A stretch of 28,273 bases of DNA, taken from contig JBDKFG010000065.1 in NCBI GenBank assembly GCA_039798785.1, positions 1 through 28,273 on the forward strand. Direction: 5' to 3'. Below the pieces are notes generated by a model that worked only from the letters and a program-made list of their open reading frames with translations, did not search any database and was not told the origin of the DNA. The translations under genes and the position numbers were made by a program. Source of the DNA: Verrucomicrobiota bacterium. Lineage in GTDB: Bacteria; Verrucomicrobiota; Lentisphaeria; Lentisphaerales; Lentisphaeraceae. Positions 18,654 through 27,437 of this stretch are shown in pieces. Numbering within the stretch: position 1 is the first letter of the stretch; the number at the start of each line of letters is the position of its first letter.

Positions 18654-19291
18654 GTCTCCGCCGCTTGATCATCGCGAGCCATCTCCTCGGTCTCACCGCC
18701 TTCGCAAGCCTGGAACTGGCGGCTCCGCCGCAACGGCTTGAGCCGCCGCCGGACACAATCCGCATCCCTTCGACCTTGAAACTGAGAAACACGGGGCAGG
18801 AAAGCCTCGTCATCCGGGAAATCCGCTCCTGCTGCGGCTGCCTGAGCGCCTCGGCGCCCGCCGCGGCGATCGGGCCGGGAGCCGAATTCGAGCTCCCCTT
18901 CTTCTACGACGCCAAGGGGCGTAAAGGCCTGCAGAAAGGCTCCCTGATCCTGGTGCCAAGCCGGGGCGAACCCCTGGCGGTGCCAGTGGAAGTCCTCCTG
19001 CGCCGCGCTTTTGACGCCGAACCCCGACTGCTGCGATGGGCCCAGGGATCCGCCTCCCTGCCGGCCCTCGAGTCCCTGGTCACAGTCGATCCGAGCCTCT
19101 CCCCTGCCGCCCCGCGCATTCTCAATCCGAGCGCAAACTTCCCGGCGGAACTGCTGCCCGGCACAGTCCCGGGGCAATGGATCCTGAGAGTGAGTCCGGC
19201 GGCGCGGCCGAGCCGCGACAGCTTGAGCCTGGAACTGCCCTTGAAAGACGCTCCGCCGAAAAGGATCGAAGTGTACTTAACCCGGGAGTGA
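18650..19291 (+). CDS. DUF1573-domain exported protein
   Basis: Signal-like N-terminus; LRNTG..LVI..I.SCCGC...IGPG motif; ATGA overlap with the rhomboid stop. Confidence 0.75.
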   Translation: MSLRRLIIASHLLGLTAFASLELAAPPQRLEPPPDTIRIPSTLKLRNTGQESLVIREIRSCCGCLSASAPAAAIGPGAEFELPFFYDAKGRKGLQKGSLILVPSRGEPLAVPVEVLLRRAFDAEPRLLRWAQGSASLPALESLVTVDPSLSPAAPRILNPSANFPAELLPGTVPGQWILRVSPAARPSRDSLSLELPLKDAPPKRIEVYLTRE

Positions 19292-19981
19292 GCCGTCCGC
19301 GCCGAGCTTTTGCAAAGCCGCGGCGGCGGCGACTTGCTCGGCAGCGCGGCGGGAGCTGCCAGCGCCTTCGCCGAGAAGCTGATTTCCCAGCTTGACCCCG
19401 ACGCGAAAGACCGGACGATGCTCTTCGCCGCTGCGTTCGATCAACTCATAGACCGGACGCTTGCCCTCGCCGCCCAGCAACTCCTGCAGACGCCCCTTGG
19501 GATTGTCGCTCGCCTCCTTGGCGGCAGGATCCGGCCAGCGGCGGCTGACCAGCTCGACGGCGATGCGGCGGGCGGCATCGGCACCGGCATCAAGGGAAAT
19601 CGCGGCCAGAATCGCCTCAAACGCATCGGCCAAGGTCGAGGGACGGCTGCGTCCGGCCGCATGGTCTTCGCTGCGTCCGAGACTGAGATGAGCGCCGAGC
19701 TTCAGCTCGGCGGCGAGAAGCGCGAGTGACTCCTCCCTGACGAGCGAGGCGCGGGTGCGGGTGAGTTCCCCTTCCTGAGCTTGAGGATAAAGAGCGTAGA
19801 GCCACTCCGAAAGTGCCAACTGGAGAACCGCATCGCCAAGGAACTCAAGGCGCTGATTGTCCTGCAAGCCATCCTTCGGATGCTCATTGACCCAGGAAGG
19901 ATGACGCAGAGCCTGGAGGAGAAGTTCGCGGCGGACGAAGCGGTGGCCGAGACGATCCTCAAGCTCACTCAGCGGGTGCAT
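19277..19981 (-). CDS. rnc: Ribonuclease III
   Basis: NQRLEFLGDA signature, ADAFEA, dsRBD NPKGRLQE..AEQVAA. Confidence 0.95.
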   Translation of the reverse strand: MHPLSELEDRLGHRFVRRELLLQALRHPSWVNEHPKDGLQDNQRLEFLGDAVLQLALSEWLYALYPQAQEGELTRTRASLVREESLALLAAELKLGAHLSLGRSEDHAAGRSRPSTLADAFEAILAAISLDAGADAARRIAVELVSRRWPDPAAKEASDNPKGRLQELLGGEGKRPVYELIERSGEEHRPVFRVGVKLGNQLLGEGAGSSRRAAEQVAAAAALQKLGADGSLPG

Positions 19982-21707
19982 CGGCGATCTCGGAAGGTCG
20001 CATGTCGTGAACAAGGAGCTGTCGCACGGGCCGGCCGTTGAGCCAGACGGTGCGCGGCGACGCCATCGCATCCATGAGACGTCCAGGGACGAACTGGCTC
20101 AAGTCATGGGTGTAGGTGACGAACTGCATCTGGGTGCCCTGGCTGTCGCAGGAGCTGCCGCGGACGACTTCGTCGCCGACGGACATCACCTCGGAAAAGA
20201 GCAGCTTGCGGAAATGATAGGTGGGCTCGGGGTTGCCGACACCGAAGGGCTCGAGGCGTTCAAGGTCGGCAAAGAAATCATCACCGAGATCGGTGAGGTC
20301 CATCGTGGCATCGGCGTGGATCTCTTCCTGAGGCGCCGTCGTGTCGAGGCAGCGGTGGCGGAAGAATTCGAGAAGACGGCGGCGGAACTCGTCGATCTTG
20401 TCGGCGGCGAGCGAGACTCCTGCTGCCATCGGGTGGCCTCCGTAAGTGGTGAGCAGATCCTCACAGGCTCGCAGGCCTTCGAGAATGCTGGTGCCGCCGC
20501 CGGAGCGGCCGGAGCCGACCAAGAGCTGGCCGCCGGCGTCGTCGGAAAGCACCAAGGCGGGAAGCATGTGCAGCTTCGAAATCTTGGTGGCGAGAAGTCC
20601 GACGACGCCCGGGTGCCAACCCTTGCCGACGATCAGCAGCATCGGCGGCTGGGCAGGCAGCTGACGCTCGGCTTCGGCGCAGGCCTCGAGCATGGCCTCA
20701 CGCTCGGCGAGGCGGCGGCGGCGGTTGTAGCGGTCGAGGATGTCGGCCATCTCCAACGCCGCATTGATGTCCTTCTCCTGCAAGAGGTGGACCGAGACCA
20801 TCGGATCGCCGACGCGGCCGGCGGCGTTGATCTTCGGCGCCAGGCGGCGGCAGATGTCGTTGGCGGTGATCTTGCCGTCGATCCGGCAATTCTCCACCAG
20901 GGCGCGGATGCCCGGGCGGACACGACCGGAAAGAAGTCGCAGCCCGGTGCGCACCAAGGCGCGGTTCTCGCCAGTCAAGGGCGCGAGATCGGCTACGGTG
21001 CCAAGCGCGACCAGGTCAAGCCCTTCACGAAGATCCACCGGCTCGTTGACGCCATTAAGTACGCCGTGCTTGGCGAGTGCATGGCAGACTTTGAAGGCGA
21101 CACCGACGCCGGCAAGGCCCTGGAGGTCGACCAGTGAGGGATCGAGCCGGGGATTGACGATGGCGCGAGCGGCGGGCAGACGGCTGGCGGGGATGTGGTG
21201 GTCGGTGATGATGAAGTCGATGCCGAGCTGGTCGCAGCGCTCGGCGGCTTCGAAGCTGGTGATGCCGCAGTCGGTGGAGATGATCAGGCGGACGCCTTTT
21301 TCAAAGAGGCGGTCGACGGTGTTGGGGGTCGGGCCGTAGCCGTCGTCCATGCGGTTGGAGACGAACACTTCGCAGTGGGCGCCGTAGGCGCGGAGGAACC
21401 AGTTGAGAAGTACGGAGGACGTGACGCCGTCGGTATCGTAGTCGCCATGGACAGCGATCTTGTCGCCTCGGGTGATCGCCAGCCAAAGGCGTTCGACACA
21501 AGCCGCCATGCCGGGGAGACGATAGGGATCGGTCAGGGCGGAAAGCGAAGAGCCGAAAGCGCTTTCAACCCTGGCAGGATCCATGCCGCGCCGCATCAGA
21601 CTGCGTGCAAGAGCTTCGGACACCGGGCAGCGGAGCCGGAATGCGTCCAAGGCTTCTTCATCCTGCTGATGGATGATCCAACGTGCGCTGCTGATAGTGT
21701 TCTTCAT
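19965..21707 (-). CDS. recJ: Single-stranded DNA exonuclease RecJ
   Basis: GDYDTDG, TDCG, TDHH, ALGTVAD, INAAGR, GGHPMAAG, EPFGVGNPEP. Confidence 0.95.
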   Translation of the reverse strand: MKNTISSARWIIHQQDEEALDAFRLRCPVSEALARSLMRRGMDPARVESAFGSSLSALTDPYRLPGMAACVERLWLAITRGDKIAVHGDYDTDGVTSSVLLNWFLRAYGAHCEVFVSNRMDDGYGPTPNTVDRLFEKGVRLIISTDCGITSFEAAERCDQLGIDFIITDHHIPASRLPAARAIVNPRLDPSLVDLQGLAGVGVAFKVCHALAKHGVLNGVNEPVDLREGLDLVALGTVADLAPLTGENRALVRTGLRLLSGRVRPGIRALVENCRIDGKITANDICRRLAPKINAAGRVGDPMVSVHLLQEKDINAALEMADILDRYNRRRRLAEREAMLEACAEAERQLPAQPPMLLIVGKGWHPGVVGLLATKISKLHMLPALVLSDDAGGQLLVGSGRSGGGTSILEGLRACEDLLTTYGGHPMAAGVSLAADKIDEFRRRLLEFFRHRCLDTTAPQEEIHADATMDLTDLGDDFFADLERLEPFGVGNPEPTYHFRKLLFSEVMSVGDEVVRGSSCDSQGTQMQFVTYTHDLSQFVPGRLMDAMASPRTVWLNGRPVRQLLVHDMRPSEIADAPAE

Positions 21708-22399
21708 TTGGCCGCGCTCGAGAAAAGGGTGAGCGAGCCTTCGGCGAGCTCGACTTTGCTGATCCGCTGGAAAACCGGCATGTGCTCAGGTCTGGCGACA
21801 TAAGAGACCAGATTGGTTTCGCGGAGGGCAGTGACCGCCAGTCCCTCGACCGGCTGGGATTTGACCGTAACCGTCCCGAGCTTGAGGAAGAGACTGCCGT
21901 GTTCGATGCGAGGGACAAAAACGGTCCTGCCGTCAAGATATCTACCCTTGGCCGCATCTCCCCAACGCTCAGGAAGCGGCAGGCAGAACTCGCAATGAAG
22001 CCCTTCCTTGTCGATCTTGACCGGCTCGAGGCTGCCTTGACAGAGCTTGAACTCGGGGCGATTGATCAACAGGGCACGGATTTCAGGCAGGGTGAGATTG
22101 AGGCTGGCCGCCTGCCCTGCCTTCGCGCTCCTGGCAAAAGCCTCGATCCGCTGCGCGGCGGCCTCGGCTAGCGTGGCACCCGCCTGGTAATTGAGGTTGC
22201 GAGGTTGGTCGACCGCCAGGGCGATGATCGACGCCGCCGACATCTTGGTGAAGAAGAACATCATGCCGACCGTGCCCCAGAAGACGATGAAGACGCTGGC
22301 TCCAGTGAGAAGCAGCATCTTGCGCCGGCTGCTGCTGAACAGCGATTCGCCGGTGATCGTGGCGTTGGTGTCCGCCGGTATGTTTGTATTCTGCGACAT
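21704..22399 (-). CDS. Hypothetical membrane-anchored protein
   Basis: One N-terminal TM helix; its stop overlaps the recJ start. Confidence 0.7.
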   Translation of the reverse strand: MSQNTNIPADTNATITGESLFSSSRRKMLLLTGASVFIVFWGTVGMMFFFTKMSAASIIALAVDQPRNLNYQAGATLAEAAAQRIEAFARSAKAGQAASLNLTLPEIRALLINRPEFKLCQGSLEPVKIDKEGLHCEFCLPLPERWGDAAKGRYLDGRTVFVPRIEHGSLFLKLGTVTVKSQPVEGLAVTALRETNLVSYVARPEHMPVFQRISKVELAEGSLTLFSSAAK

Positions 22400-22553
22400 G
22401 GTTTCACCTGTAATTGACCAAGATACTCCGTCTGCGGACGGCGCAAGCCGGAACCGGAGACGAAGGAGCTTTTTACTGCAGTTTCTCCCTATCCCCCTCC
22501 CTCTTGACTTCATCACCCTCGCTTCAATTGATTGACTCGCTAAGCTGAAACGG

Positions 22554-22585
22554 AAAAAGCGACCCCTTGCGGAGTCGCTTTTTTT
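22554..22585 (-). terminator. Rho-independent terminator of the RRM gene (possibly bidirectional)
   Basis: Minus strand GCGACTCC-GCAA-GGGGTCGC-TTTTT, with a T-tract on the plus strand as well. Confidence 0.85.
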
Positions 22586-22603
22586 AATGGCGAGGGGAAG
22601 TGA

Positions 22604-23083
22604 TCAGCCTTCGTAGCCGCCACGGCCATAGCCGCCGCGGTTGCCGCCGCCGTAGCCGCCGCCGCCGCCGTAGCCGCCGCGATCGCCGCCGCGGTCGCCG
22701 CCGCCGTAGCCGCCGCGATCGCCGTAGCCGCCGCGGTCGCCGCCGCCGTAGCCGCCGCGGTTGCCGCCGCCGTAGCCGCCGCCGCGGTTGCCGCCGCCGT
22801 AGCCGCCGCCGCGGGGACCACGAGACTCGCCTTCGGGGCGGGCTTCGGAGGCGTTGACGCGGATCTGACGGCCGTCAACCACGGCGCCGTTCATTTTCTC
22901 GATGGCTTCTTTGGCCGACTCTTCGGTGGTGAAGGCGACAAAGCCGAAACCGCGCGAGCGGCCGGTTTCGCGGTCGGTGATGACCTTGGCTTCGGTGATT
23001 TCGCCGAAGGAGGTGAAGGCTTGGCGAAGTGAATCTTCAGTGGTACCCCAGCTGAGGCCGCCGACGAACAATTTGGTGGACAT
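22604..23083 (-). CDS. RRM (RNP-1) RNA-binding protein with Gly-rich tail
   Basis: RNP2 LFVGGL, RNP1 RGFGFVAF, C-terminal GGYGGG(N/D)R repeats. Confidence 0.95.
   Translation of the reverse strand: MSTKLFVGGLSWGTTEDSLRQAFTSFGEITEAKVITDRETGRSRGFGFVAFTTEESAKEAIEKMNGAVVDGRQIRVNASEARPEGESRGPRGGGYGGGNRGGGYGGGNRGGYGGGDRGGYGDRGGYGGGDRGGDRGGYGGGGGYGGGNRGGYGRGGYEG
22620..22812 (-). repeat. Coding tandem repeats (GGYGGG[N/D]R)
   Basis: Repeated CCGCCGCCGTAGCCGCCGCG units within the RRM gene. Confidence 0.8.
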
Positions 23084-23317
23084 GATGTGATCTCCGATTT
23101 CTTCTCGTATTCTTTCTCTTGCGATGGCCTCAGCACGTCCAGCAGTATGCAGTCGTTACGGGTCTCGCTCATTGCCGGGTCTGACCTCTATGTGATCAGG
23201 CACAACGTCCGGAACTTAGAGCCATGCGGCGAGAGTTCAAGCGACTCAACGCTGCTTATTCTATGCCGCAGTTCGGAGCAGCCGGATCGTCTCCGAATTC
23301 ACCGAGTCCGCGGGAAA

Positions 23318-23333
23318 TTCACCTGAAATTCAC
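23318..23333 (+). promoter_or_regulatory. cre-tag (CreB/BlrA binding site) TTCAC-N6-TTCAC
   Basis: TTCAC-CTGAAA-TTCAC, 46 nt upstream of the DUF817-creD operon, with an extra TTCAC at 23298. Confidence 0.75.
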
Positions 23334-23379
23334 AATCGGCCATCAGTTTCCTGGTCATCCCACCACACCAGGAGCCCAG

Positions 23380-24132
23380 ATGATTCCAGAACGCCGGCTG
23401 ACCCGATTCCTTTGCCTGCAATGGCAAGCCGCCTCCTTCGGCATCTTTCTTGTCGCCATCTGCCTGCTGACTCGAGGCTGGCCGGGCGCTCTCGGCCTGA
23501 GCCGAATGGATTGGCTCTTCATCGCCGCACTCGCCTACCAGCTCAGGCTTCTCCAGAAGGGCGGCGAGAAGCGCGGCGAAGCGGCCATGATTCTCATCTT
23601 CCACGTCCTGGCCATGGCGATGGAGATCTTCAAGGTCGGCCGGGGATGCTGGATCTACCCCGGGGCGGGGCACGCCTCGCTGGCCGGCGTGCCACTCTTC
23701 ACCGGCTTCATGTACAGCGCCGTCGGAAGCTGGCTGTGCCGGAGCTGGCGTCTGCACGGCATCTCCTTCACTGCCCTCCCCTCGCGAGGATTGCTGCTCG
23801 CCCTCGGCCTGCTCGCCTATGCCAATTTCATCGTGCAGCATTTCGGCCGCGACTGCCGCTGGCCCATCCTCGGGCTCGCCATCGCCGTGCTGCACCCGGT
23901 CCGTTGCAGCAGCTCGGCGGGCCATGCGCCGCTCACGCTGATCCTAGCCGCCGCAGCACTCCTGATCTGGCTGGCCGAAAACCTCTGCACACTTGCCGGC
24001 GTCTGGTTCTATCCCTCCCAGCTGGGCGCCTGGCAAGCCGTCTCAATCAGCAAGATCCCCGCATGGTTCCTCCTCATGCTCCTCACTTTCTCCCTCAGTG
24101 TCCCTCACCGCAACCCCAGGAGTCACGCATGA
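23380..24132 (+). CDS. DUF817-family membrane protein
   Basis: FH..A.AMEIFK..G.W.YP...GVPLFTGFMYSAVGS, IWLAEN..T...W.YP.Q...W; RBS AGGAG. Confidence 0.82.
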   Translation: MIPERRLTRFLCLQWQAASFGIFLVAICLLTRGWPGALGLSRMDWLFIAALAYQLRLLQKGGEKRGEAAMILIFHVLAMAMEIFKVGRGCWIYPGAGHASLAGVPLFTGFMYSAVGSWLCRSWRLHGISFTALPSRGLLLALGLLAYANFIVQHFGRDCRWPILGLAIAVLHPVRCSSSAGHAPLTLILAAAALLIWLAENLCTLAGVWFYPSQLGAWQAVSISKIPAWFLLMLLTFSLSVPHRNPRSHA

Positions 24133-25406
24133 AATTCGAATGGAAGGAATCCCCCGGTCTCAAGGTCGGCGTCATCGGCCTGCTGATGCTCGTCCTCACC
24201 CTCCCCAGCAGCCTCATCGTCCGGCTCATCGAAGAGCGCCAGGCCCGGCAGACCGAGGCCTGCCGCGACATCAGCTCGACCTGGGGTGGTGATCAGAAAC
24301 TCAGCGGTCCGATCCTCGTCATCCCTTATCAAGTCAAGGGGATGACCGGACATCTCAAACTGCTTCCGGAAGAATGGATCCTGAAAGGCGACCTCCAACC
24401 GGAGCTGCGACGAAGAGGTCTCTTCAGCAGCGCCCTCTACGATGCGGATCTGCAGCTGGACGGACGCTTCGCCGTGCCGGGCATGGCTGAGTGCGGCCTG
24501 CCGGAGGAAGCGCTGCTCAGGCTTGACCAGGCGCTTCTGGTGGTGACGGTGACGCAGCAGCGCAGCCTCGCCGGAGCGGTGGAGATCAAGATCGACGGCA
24601 AGCCGCAGCCTCTGCGACCTGGCCTTCCCGCTCCGCTCGACAGGAAGGATGCCGAGGGCTTCCACGTCCGCCTCGATCCCGGGATCAAGAAGGAATTCGG
24701 CTTTGCGCTGCGCTGCCATCTGCACGGCAGCGGCAGCTTCGGCTTCCTTCCCTCGGGGCGGCGCAGCGAGATCGAGCTCAGTTCTTCCTGGCGGCAGCCG
24801 AGCTATTTCGGCGCCTATTCGGCGAAGCACGAGGAGAGCGAGTCCGGCTTCCGGGCGCGCTGGTCGGTGCAGGATCTGCAGCGCGGCTTCGCACAGAGCT
24901 GGCTCGAAGACCGGCTCATTCCTTCGCAGGATCTCTGCGGCGTCGAACTCTACCAGAGCAACGACGTCTACCAGCGGATCTGGCGGATGAGCCGCTACGC
25001 CCTGATGTTCCTCTGCTTCACCTTCGCCGGCGTCTTCATCCTCGAACGAGTCAAGAGGGTCCGCGTCCATCCGTTGCAATACCTGCTCGTAGGATTCGCC
25101 GCCCTGCTTTTCAACGTCCTCCTCCTCGCATTCGCCGAGCACTTCGGCTTCAATCTGGGCTACCTCGCTGCCGCCTGCCTGATCGTGATCATCGCCGGCG
25201 CCTACTGCGCCGCGGTCTTCCGCAGCCGCGCCATCGGCCTGGCTCAAAGCGGCATCCTGGCGGCGCTCTACGCCTTCCTCTACGGCACCCTCCAGCTCGA
25301 GGATTACGCCCTGCTGATGGGGTCGCTCGGTCTCTTTGCCATCCTGGCCGTCGTCATGTTCGTCACCCGCAGCCTCAACCGCGAAGAGGAGACCCTGGGG
25401 GACTGA
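24129..25406 (+). CDS. creD: Inner-membrane protein CreD
   Basis: LIEER..Q, WGG.Q...GP.LVIPY, RRGLF...LY, S.W..PS.FG, HPLQYLLVG, LEDYALLMGSLGLF..LAVVM.VTR; ATGA coupling with DUF817. Confidence 0.92.
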   Translation: MKFEWKESPGLKVGVIGLLMLVLTLPSSLIVRLIEERQARQTEACRDISSTWGGDQKLSGPILVIPYQVKGMTGHLKLLPEEWILKGDLQPELRRRGLFSSALYDADLQLDGRFAVPGMAECGLPEEALLRLDQALLVVTVTQQRSLAGAVEIKIDGKPQPLRPGLPAPLDRKDAEGFHVRLDPGIKKEFGFALRCHLHGSGSFGFLPSGRRSEIELSSSWRQPSYFGAYSAKHEESESGFRARWSVQDLQRGFAQSWLEDRLIPSQDLCGVELYQSNDVYQRIWRMSRYALMFLCFTFAGVFILERVKRVRVHPLQYLLVGFAALLFNVLLLAFAEHFGFNLGYLAAACLIVIIAGAYCAAVFRSRAIGLAQSGILAALYAFLYGTLQLEDYALLMGSLGLFAILAVVMFVTRSLNREEETLGD

Positions 25407-25505
25407 GAAGGATTCGAGAGAGGAAAATTGCGCCGTGGGAGATGGCGGCCTCGCGTGTCGGAGTAATGTTGCGGATGAACCCCCGCAAGCAGAGGAGTCC
25501 CCGCA

Positions 25506-25802
25506 ATGTTCGTCCACACCGTCTACTTCTGGCTCCGCCGCGATCTCAGCGCCGCCGAGCTCCAGCGCTTCTCCCAGAGCCTCGACAGCCTGAAATCGAT
25601 CCCCGCCACCGGCGGCACCTACACCGGCCGCCCCGCCAGCACCGCACGCCCGGTGATCGACCGGACCTACGACTTCGCCCTCACCTGCCTCTTCAAGGAC
25701 CAGGCCGAGCACGACGCCTACCAGGTCCACCCGACCCACCTGGCCTTCGTCGAGGGCTGCCGCGAACTGTGGATGCGCGTCCTCGTCTACGACGCCGAAT
25801 AA
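25506..25802 (+). CDS. Dabb (stress-responsive A/B barrel) protein
   Basis: MFVHTVYFWL, YDFAL...F....HDAYQVHP.H; RBS GAGGAG. Confidence 0.9.
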   Translation: MFVHTVYFWLRRDLSAAELQRFSQSLDSLKSIPATGGTYTGRPASTARPVIDRTYDFALTCLFKDQAEHDAYQVHPTHLAFVEGCRELWMRVLVYDAE

Positions 25803-25813
25803 GACGTCCGTCC

Positions 25814-26527
25814 GTGGCGCAGCGGGGCGACATCCAATCGATAGCCGAGCTGGCCCGCCGTCTCCGCGAGGCCCGCGAGACGGCCCCTGCGCCTCCGCCC
25901 GCCGCAGCCCAGGAGGAGGAGCCCGCCGCGCCACCGCTCCTGACGGAAAAACCGGAAGAGGACAACGAGGAGCTCCTGCCGGACATCCCTCTGCTCGACC
26001 GCAACAAGAACTATTCACTCCTGCGCCTCCGCGCCCGGCGCGCCACCGGCAAGCGTCCGGAGTCCTTCAGCTTTCCACCCAGCCAGCTCAGCGTCGAACT
26101 GCACGACCTGCAACCGGGCGACCTGCCCTGGATCGCTGCGCCGCTGCGACGCGCCCGCGCCCTCGTCCTCGGCCTGGAAAGCGGTCTCGAAGTCGAATGG
26201 AGCATCAGCCCCCTGGGAGAGTCGTCGATCTCGGTCCGCTTCGCCGACGGCTCAAGACAAAAAGCTGCCATCGGCTGCCTCCTGCGCTGCGAGATCGACC
26301 GTCCCGGCAAGCGCCCCCTCTGCGTCGACCTCCGCCAGCTCCAGGGTGAAGCCGAGCTCGCCGGCCTTCCTTGCCGCTTCGTCCTCTCCGCCCCTGAATT
26401 CGAGGCGGCCCCAGGCGACTTCGAAGAGGCCCAACTGCGCCGCTTCGCCGACGAGCAGCAGCGCCTGATCGCCGAGATGAACCGCTGGGCCTCGCACGGC
26501 CCCGCCCAGTCCCCGCTCCAACCATGA
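25814..26527 (+). CDS. Hypothetical protein translationally coupled to the DUF692 gene
   Basis: GTG start after Dabb; Pro/Glu-rich N-terminus followed by a globular region; its stop overlaps the next ATG (ATGA). Confidence 0.65.
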   Translation: MAQRGDIQSIAELARRLREARETAPAPPPAAAQEEEPAAPPLLTEKPEEDNEELLPDIPLLDRNKNYSLLRLRARRATGKRPESFSFPPSQLSVELHDLQPGDLPWIAAPLRRARALVLGLESGLEVEWSISPLGESSISVRFADGSRQKAAIGCLLRCEIDRPGKRPLCVDLRQLQGEAELAGLPCRFVLSAPEFEAAPGDFEEAQLRRFADEQQRLIAEMNRWASHGPAQSPLQP

Positions 26528-27426
26528 AGCCGCCATTCCTCGGCGCCGGCCTCTTCACCCCGGCCGACCCCGCCCACCTTGAGCTCATCTCGCCTCTTTT
26601 CGAAGAAGCGGATTTTTTCGAGATCTCGCCGGAGATGATGTTCACCGGAGACTCCTCCGGACGAGGCATTCGCGAACATCCCCTAGCCGATTTGATGGCC
26701 GAGCTCGGACCGGTGTACGGCAAGCCCTTCGTCGGCCATGGCCTGCACTTCTCCGTCGGCGACGCATCTCCAGGCCAGCGCCGCCAGGACTGGATGCGGC
26801 TGCTGCGCCGCGTCGAGGAACGATTCCGCTGCCTCTGGTACACCGAGCATTCGGGATGGACCTCGAGCGGCGGCGAACACGCCGTCCTGCCCCTCCCCCT
26901 GCCCCACAGCGACGAAGCCGCCGCGCCTTGCGTCGACAGCCTGCGCCAGATCCAGGAGGTCTTCCCTCTGGCAGGCCTGGAGAATTCGGTCTTCCCCTTC
27001 CTTCTCGGCGAAGCCCGCGCCGAGTACGCCTTCCTGCAGCGCATTCTCGACCGGGCCGAGGCCTGGCTGCTGCTCGACCTCCACAACCTCCACACCCACG
27101 CCCTCAATTTCGGCGTCCCGGCCGCAGATCTCCTGGCACAGCTCAAACTCGACCGGGTGATCGAGATCCACATCTCCGGAGGTAGCGTCTCCGATCCCGA
27201 CTGGCTCGCCTCCGGCAGGACTTTCCGCCTCGACTCCCATGACGGCGCAGTGCCGGAGGAGGTCTGGTCCCTGCTCGACGAAGTCATGCCTCTCTGCGGC
27301 AATCTCCGCGGCGTCGTCCTCGAGCGGCTCCACGGCACCCTCCTGCCCGAACAGACCCCAGCTTTTTTCGCCGAATTCGCCAGACTGAAGAGACTCTGCG
27401 AGGCCCGCAAAAAAAGCCCATCCTGA
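26524..27426 (+). CDS. DUF692-family multinuclear non-heme iron oxidative enzyme (MNIO; MbnB/TglH/ChrH-like)
   Basis: EISPE, HGLHFS, TEH, LEN, LLDLHNL, EIHISGG, DSHDGAVP and LER motifs. Confidence 0.88.
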   Translation: MKPPFLGAGLFTPADPAHLELISPLFEEADFFEISPEMMFTGDSSGRGIREHPLADLMAELGPVYGKPFVGHGLHFSVGDASPGQRRQDWMRLLRRVEERFRCLWYTEHSGWTSSGGEHAVLPLPLPHSDEAAAPCVDSLRQIQEVFPLAGLENSVFPFLLGEARAEYAFLQRILDRAEAWLLLDLHNLHTHALNFGVPAADLLAQLKLDRVIEIHISGGSVSDPDWLASGRTFRLDSHDGAVPEEVWSLLDEVMPLCGNLRGVVLERLHGTLLPEQTPAFFAEFARLKRLCEARKKSPS

Positions 27427-27437
27427 AGCACCCTCGT

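Noticed and set aside
22620..22812. Tandem repeats as a CRISPR array
   Set aside because: They encode the Gly-rich RRM tail; there are no unique spacers and no cas genes.
23412..24128. N-terminal extensions in the ORF track for creD (also ygfA, DUF1573 and the 25442 ORF)
   Set aside because: They overlap real upstream genes in another frame; the true starts are at coupled or RBS-supported codons.
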